Source: Gloeocapsopsis crepidinum LEGE 06123 (GTDB lineage Bacteria; Cyanobacteriota; Cyanobacteriia; Cyanobacteriales; Chroococcidiopsidaceae). Taken from it: a stretch of 8,911 nucleotides of DNA. The translations under genes were made by a program, and so were the position numbers. Numbering within the stretch: the first letter of the stretch is position 1; the number at the start of each line of letters is the position of its first letter. The notes beneath the pieces are model-generated. The model ran no database searches and had not been told where the DNA came from. It worked only from the letters and a program-made list of their open reading frames with translations. The stretch is from positions 1 through 8,911 of the forward strand of contig NZ_JADEWN010000108.1 of the NCBI RefSeq assembly GCF_015207655.1, given 5' to 3'. Positions 7,006 to 8,911 of this stretch are shown here, in pieces.

Positions 7006-7096
7006 AAAGCGTATTATAGATTTCACCGGAAAATCCGGAAAACTGTACAGTAGGGTTGTATATTATTCTGTCACTACTAAGTTTAAGTGTGAGCTT

Positions 7097-7555
7097 ATGG
7101 TAGAACCTCTAACGGCAGCAGTCATTGTCTCTTTATTTTTCTCAGAGGCAATTAAAGAAGGTGGAAAGGCTTTAGGTAAGGGCGTTGCTGATAAATTTAC
7201 TGAACTGGTAAATGCCATCCAGGAAAAATTGAGGGCAGAGGGAACAGAAGGGCTGCTGCTCCGAGCAGAAAACCAACCAACAGAAGCAAATAAGGCAAAG
7301 CTACAGGATGAGCTACAAACCCAAATGGATGCTGATGAGCGGTTTGCTCATAAACTCAAGGAAATAGTCGAGCAACTACAAGCACAAGATGAAAAGGTAC
7401 GTCAGGTAGTGCTGAGTGAGATTGAATTAACTGGCGATTTGGAAGCAAAAGACATCAGCCAGAAAGCAACGCGGAGTGGTTCAGTCGAGCAGGAAATGGT
7501 TACAGGAGTAAAAGCTCAAAACATTGATGTGGGCAACTTAAACCAAGAAGCTTAA
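7097..7555 (+). CDS. 152-aa helical protein with a hydrophobic N-terminal helix and a C-terminal G/N/Q-rich motif; candidate effector/adaptor of the downstream NB-ARC protein (Bell/HeLo-like hypothesis)
   Basis: This clean ORF ends 4 nt before the NB-ARC start. The N-terminus is MVEPLTAAVIVSLFFSEAIKEGGKALGKGV, followed by charged coiled-coil-like sequence. C-terminal VKAQNIDVGNLNQ matches VQAGNITVGNITQ at the N-terminus of the next protein. Confidence is for it being a real gene. The functional call is hypothesis-level. Confidence 0.65.
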   Translation: MVEPLTAAVIVSLFFSEAIKEGGKALGKGVADKFTELVNAIQEKLRAEGTEGLLLRAENQPTEANKAKLQDELQTQMDADERFAHKLKEIVEQLQAQDEKVRQVVLSEIELTGDLEAKDISQKATRSGSVEQEMVTGVKAQNIDVGNLNQEA

Positions 7556-7559
7556 AGCG

Positions 7560-8789
7560 ATGGCTAGCCAGCAAGATCCTCAATTAGTTGTCCAAAAAAT
7601 CTTTGAGAATGTTCAGGCAGGTAATATCACAGTCGGGAATATTACTCAGATTTATCAAATCATTAGCAATTTGGGTAATCTTCCTCAACCAACAGGGTTT
7701 CCTCAAAATATTCCCCCCAGTAACACAGATAAGTTTGTTGGGCGCGGAAAAGAATTAGAACGCCTCCACCAACAGCTACAACGAAATAATGAGGTAATAA
7801 TTGCTGCTGTTGAAGGCATGGGGGGAGTTGGGAAAACAGAGCTAGCCATCCAGTATTCGCTGCTCCACTTACAGTTGGACTCTTACCCAGGCGGAATCTG
7901 CTGGCTAACAGCAAGAGAGGAAGATATTGGTCTGCAAATCGTAGAATTTGCTAGGACAGATTTGGGTTTGCAACCTCCAGGAGATTTAGAGTTACCTCAA
8001 CGCGTCCGTTGGTGCTGGAAGCATTGGCATCAGGGGAATAAGCTAATAGTTGTGGATGATGTTAAGGATTACGGACAAATTAAGCCTTTCCTACCACCAC
8101 AACCATCCCAATTTAAGGTACTTATTACAACCCGACTCAAGCTAGATTTAGCTGGTTCTCTGTTTCTGGAGCTTTTGGATGAGACAGCCGCATTAGAACT
8201 ATTAGCTCAATTGGTTGGAGAAGAAAAGCTCAACCAAAAGTTAGCAACAGGAAAAGAACTTTGTCAGCGTTTGGGCTACTTGCCCCTAGCGTTGCAATTG
8301 GTAGGGCGATACGTGCAGAAACGAAGGATAACTTTAGCTGAAATGCTGCGCCGATTGGAGTCGAAAGGGCTGGAGCATAGTTCTTTGGTAGTAGATAAAA
8401 ATGACCGCACTTGGACGCTAAATATCAAACAGGGGGTAGCAGCAGCCTTTGAGTTAAGTTGGGAAGAGTTAAATCAGCCAGCCCAACAGTTAGGGTGTTT
8501 GCTAAGTTTATTCGCTTTGACTCCGATTCCTTGGTCACTAGTAGAAAGCGCTGCTTTTGAGCAAGGCTCAGAAGTACTGGAAGATGCCAGAGTAGAATTA
8601 GAAAATTTGCACTTGCTACAGGGTGAGGATACTTATCAATTACATCAGCTAATTCGAGATTTCTTGAGAAATAAGCAAAAGGACTTAGCTGCTGCGAACG
8701 AACAGAAGTATAACTTTTGCCAAGCAATCGTAGAAGTGGCGAAGGAAGTTCCTCAAAGCCCTACTCAGCAAGAAATTACTACACTATAG
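7560..8789 (+). CDS. NB-ARC (STAND/NLR-type) NTPase with an N-terminal short motif and no C-terminal sensor repeats (probably truncated by IS630 insertion)
   Basis: FVGRGKELERL precedes the P-loop GMGGVGKT (7815-7838). Walker B LIVVDDV is at 8043-8063, KVLITTR is RNBS-B-like, and the GLPL-type motif GYLPLAL is at 8274-8294. The ORF stops at 8787-8789, in the region where related cyanobacterial NB-ARC-TPR proteins continue into TPR repeats. Confidence 0.9.
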   Translation: MASQQDPQLVVQKIFENVQAGNITVGNITQIYQIISNLGNLPQPTGFPQNIPPSNTDKFVGRGKELERLHQQLQRNNEVIIAAVEGMGGVGKTELAIQYSLLHLQLDSYPGGICWLTAREEDIGLQIVEFARTDLGLQPPGDLELPQRVRWCWKHWHQGNKLIVVDDVKDYGQIKPFLPPQPSQFKVLITTRLKLDLAGSLFLELLDETAALELLAQLVGEEKLNQKLATGKELCQRLGYLPLALQLVGRYVQKRRITLAEMLRRLESKGLEHSSLVVDKNDRTWTLNIKQGVAAAFELSWEELNQPAQQLGCLLSLFALTPIPWSLVESAAFEQGSEVLEDARVELENLHLLQGEDTYQLHQLIRDFLRNKQKDLAAANEQKYNFCQAIVEVAKEVPQSPTQQEITTL

Positions 8790-8848
8790 CCTTACACAAT
8801 CAGATTAGGACGTTATTATAGGGGCAGAGGAGAGTTGAGGAAGTGCCC

Positions 8849-8911
8849 ATGCCCGCCCCCTACAGTTACGACCTGCGCCGCAAAGCGCTGGCGGCAGTGA
8901 AACACGGCGAA
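8849..8911 (+). CDS. IS630-family transposase, N-terminal 21 codons; partial CDS that runs off the right edge
   Basis: ATG at 8849 gives MPAPYSYDLRRKALAAVKHGE. The YS.DLR.K...A...G start is typical of the IS630-family HTH N-terminus. The segment is 41/63 G+C, far richer than the flanking DNA. Confidence 0.6.
   Translation, partial: MPAPYSYDLRRKALAAVKHGE

Noticed and set aside
7021-7096. A small hairpin, CCGGA-AAA-TCCGG (7026-7038), and an AT-rich TATATT box (7059-7064) upstream of the 152-aa ORF, considered as terminator and promoter.
   Set aside because: The stem is only 5 bp and no acceptable -35 lies at a proper spacing. This is insufficient support.
7663-8727. Minus-strand ORFs 7663-7914 and 8425-8727 inside the NB-ARC gene.
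   Set aside because: They are antisense to a CDS with a complete set of NB-ARC motifs, and their translations carry no recognisable features.
5110-8911. The idea that the IS630 3' fragment (5110-5601) and the IS630 5' start (8849-8911) are two halves of one element split by a rearrangement.
   Set aside because: Their composition differs sharply. The right-edge piece is 41/63 G+C and the internal fragment is much less GC-rich. Both lie on the same strand in the wrong order (3' half first). They are more likely two distinct family members.
1-8911. A search for CRISPR arrays, tandem repeats, tRNA/rRNA genes and long direct DNA repeats.
   Set aside because: I saw no regularly spaced repeats, cloverleaf-like segments or rRNA-like sequence. 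The only recurrent element is the dispersed HIP1 octamer. The motif shared by the two NB-ARC-module proteins is not a DNA repeat (20/39 nt identical).

Overview
The DNA looks cyanobacterial (ten copies of the HIP1 octamer GCGATCGC) and reads as an IS-riddled accessory or defence island. From left to right it contains the following. (1) The 5' end of an IS1-like transposase gene running off the left edge on the minus strand. (2) A translationally coupled UPF0175 antitoxin / DUF3368 PIN-like toxin pair. (3) A two-gene operon. Its first gene fuses a RelE/ParE-fold domain to a compact UvrD-like SF1 helicase. Its second gene encodes a large protein with a ~590-aa non-helicase N-terminal region followed by SF2 helicase motifs I/Ia (DrmA/DruE-like), and it is cut off by the 3' half of an IS630-family transposase gene. 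(4) A convergently oriented, membrane-anchored staphylococcal-nuclease-like gene. (5) A heavily decayed ISKra4-family transposase pseudogene. (6) A tightly linked pair: a 152-aa helical protein and an NB-ARC STAND NTPase that share a short G/N/Q-rich motif (near the C-terminus of the first, at the N-terminus of the second). The NB-ARC gene has no sensor repeats and ends 60 nt before a second, GC-rich IS630-family transposase gene that runs off the right edge. I saw no rRNA, tRNA or CRISPR array. The two most interesting items are the motif-sharing effector/NB-ARC pair (candidate amyloid-type NLR signalling) and the RelE-helicase plus DrmA-like helicase operon. Both look IS-damaged here, so intact orthologues elsewhere are needed to define them. 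All family assignments come from motif recognition by eye, not from database searches.
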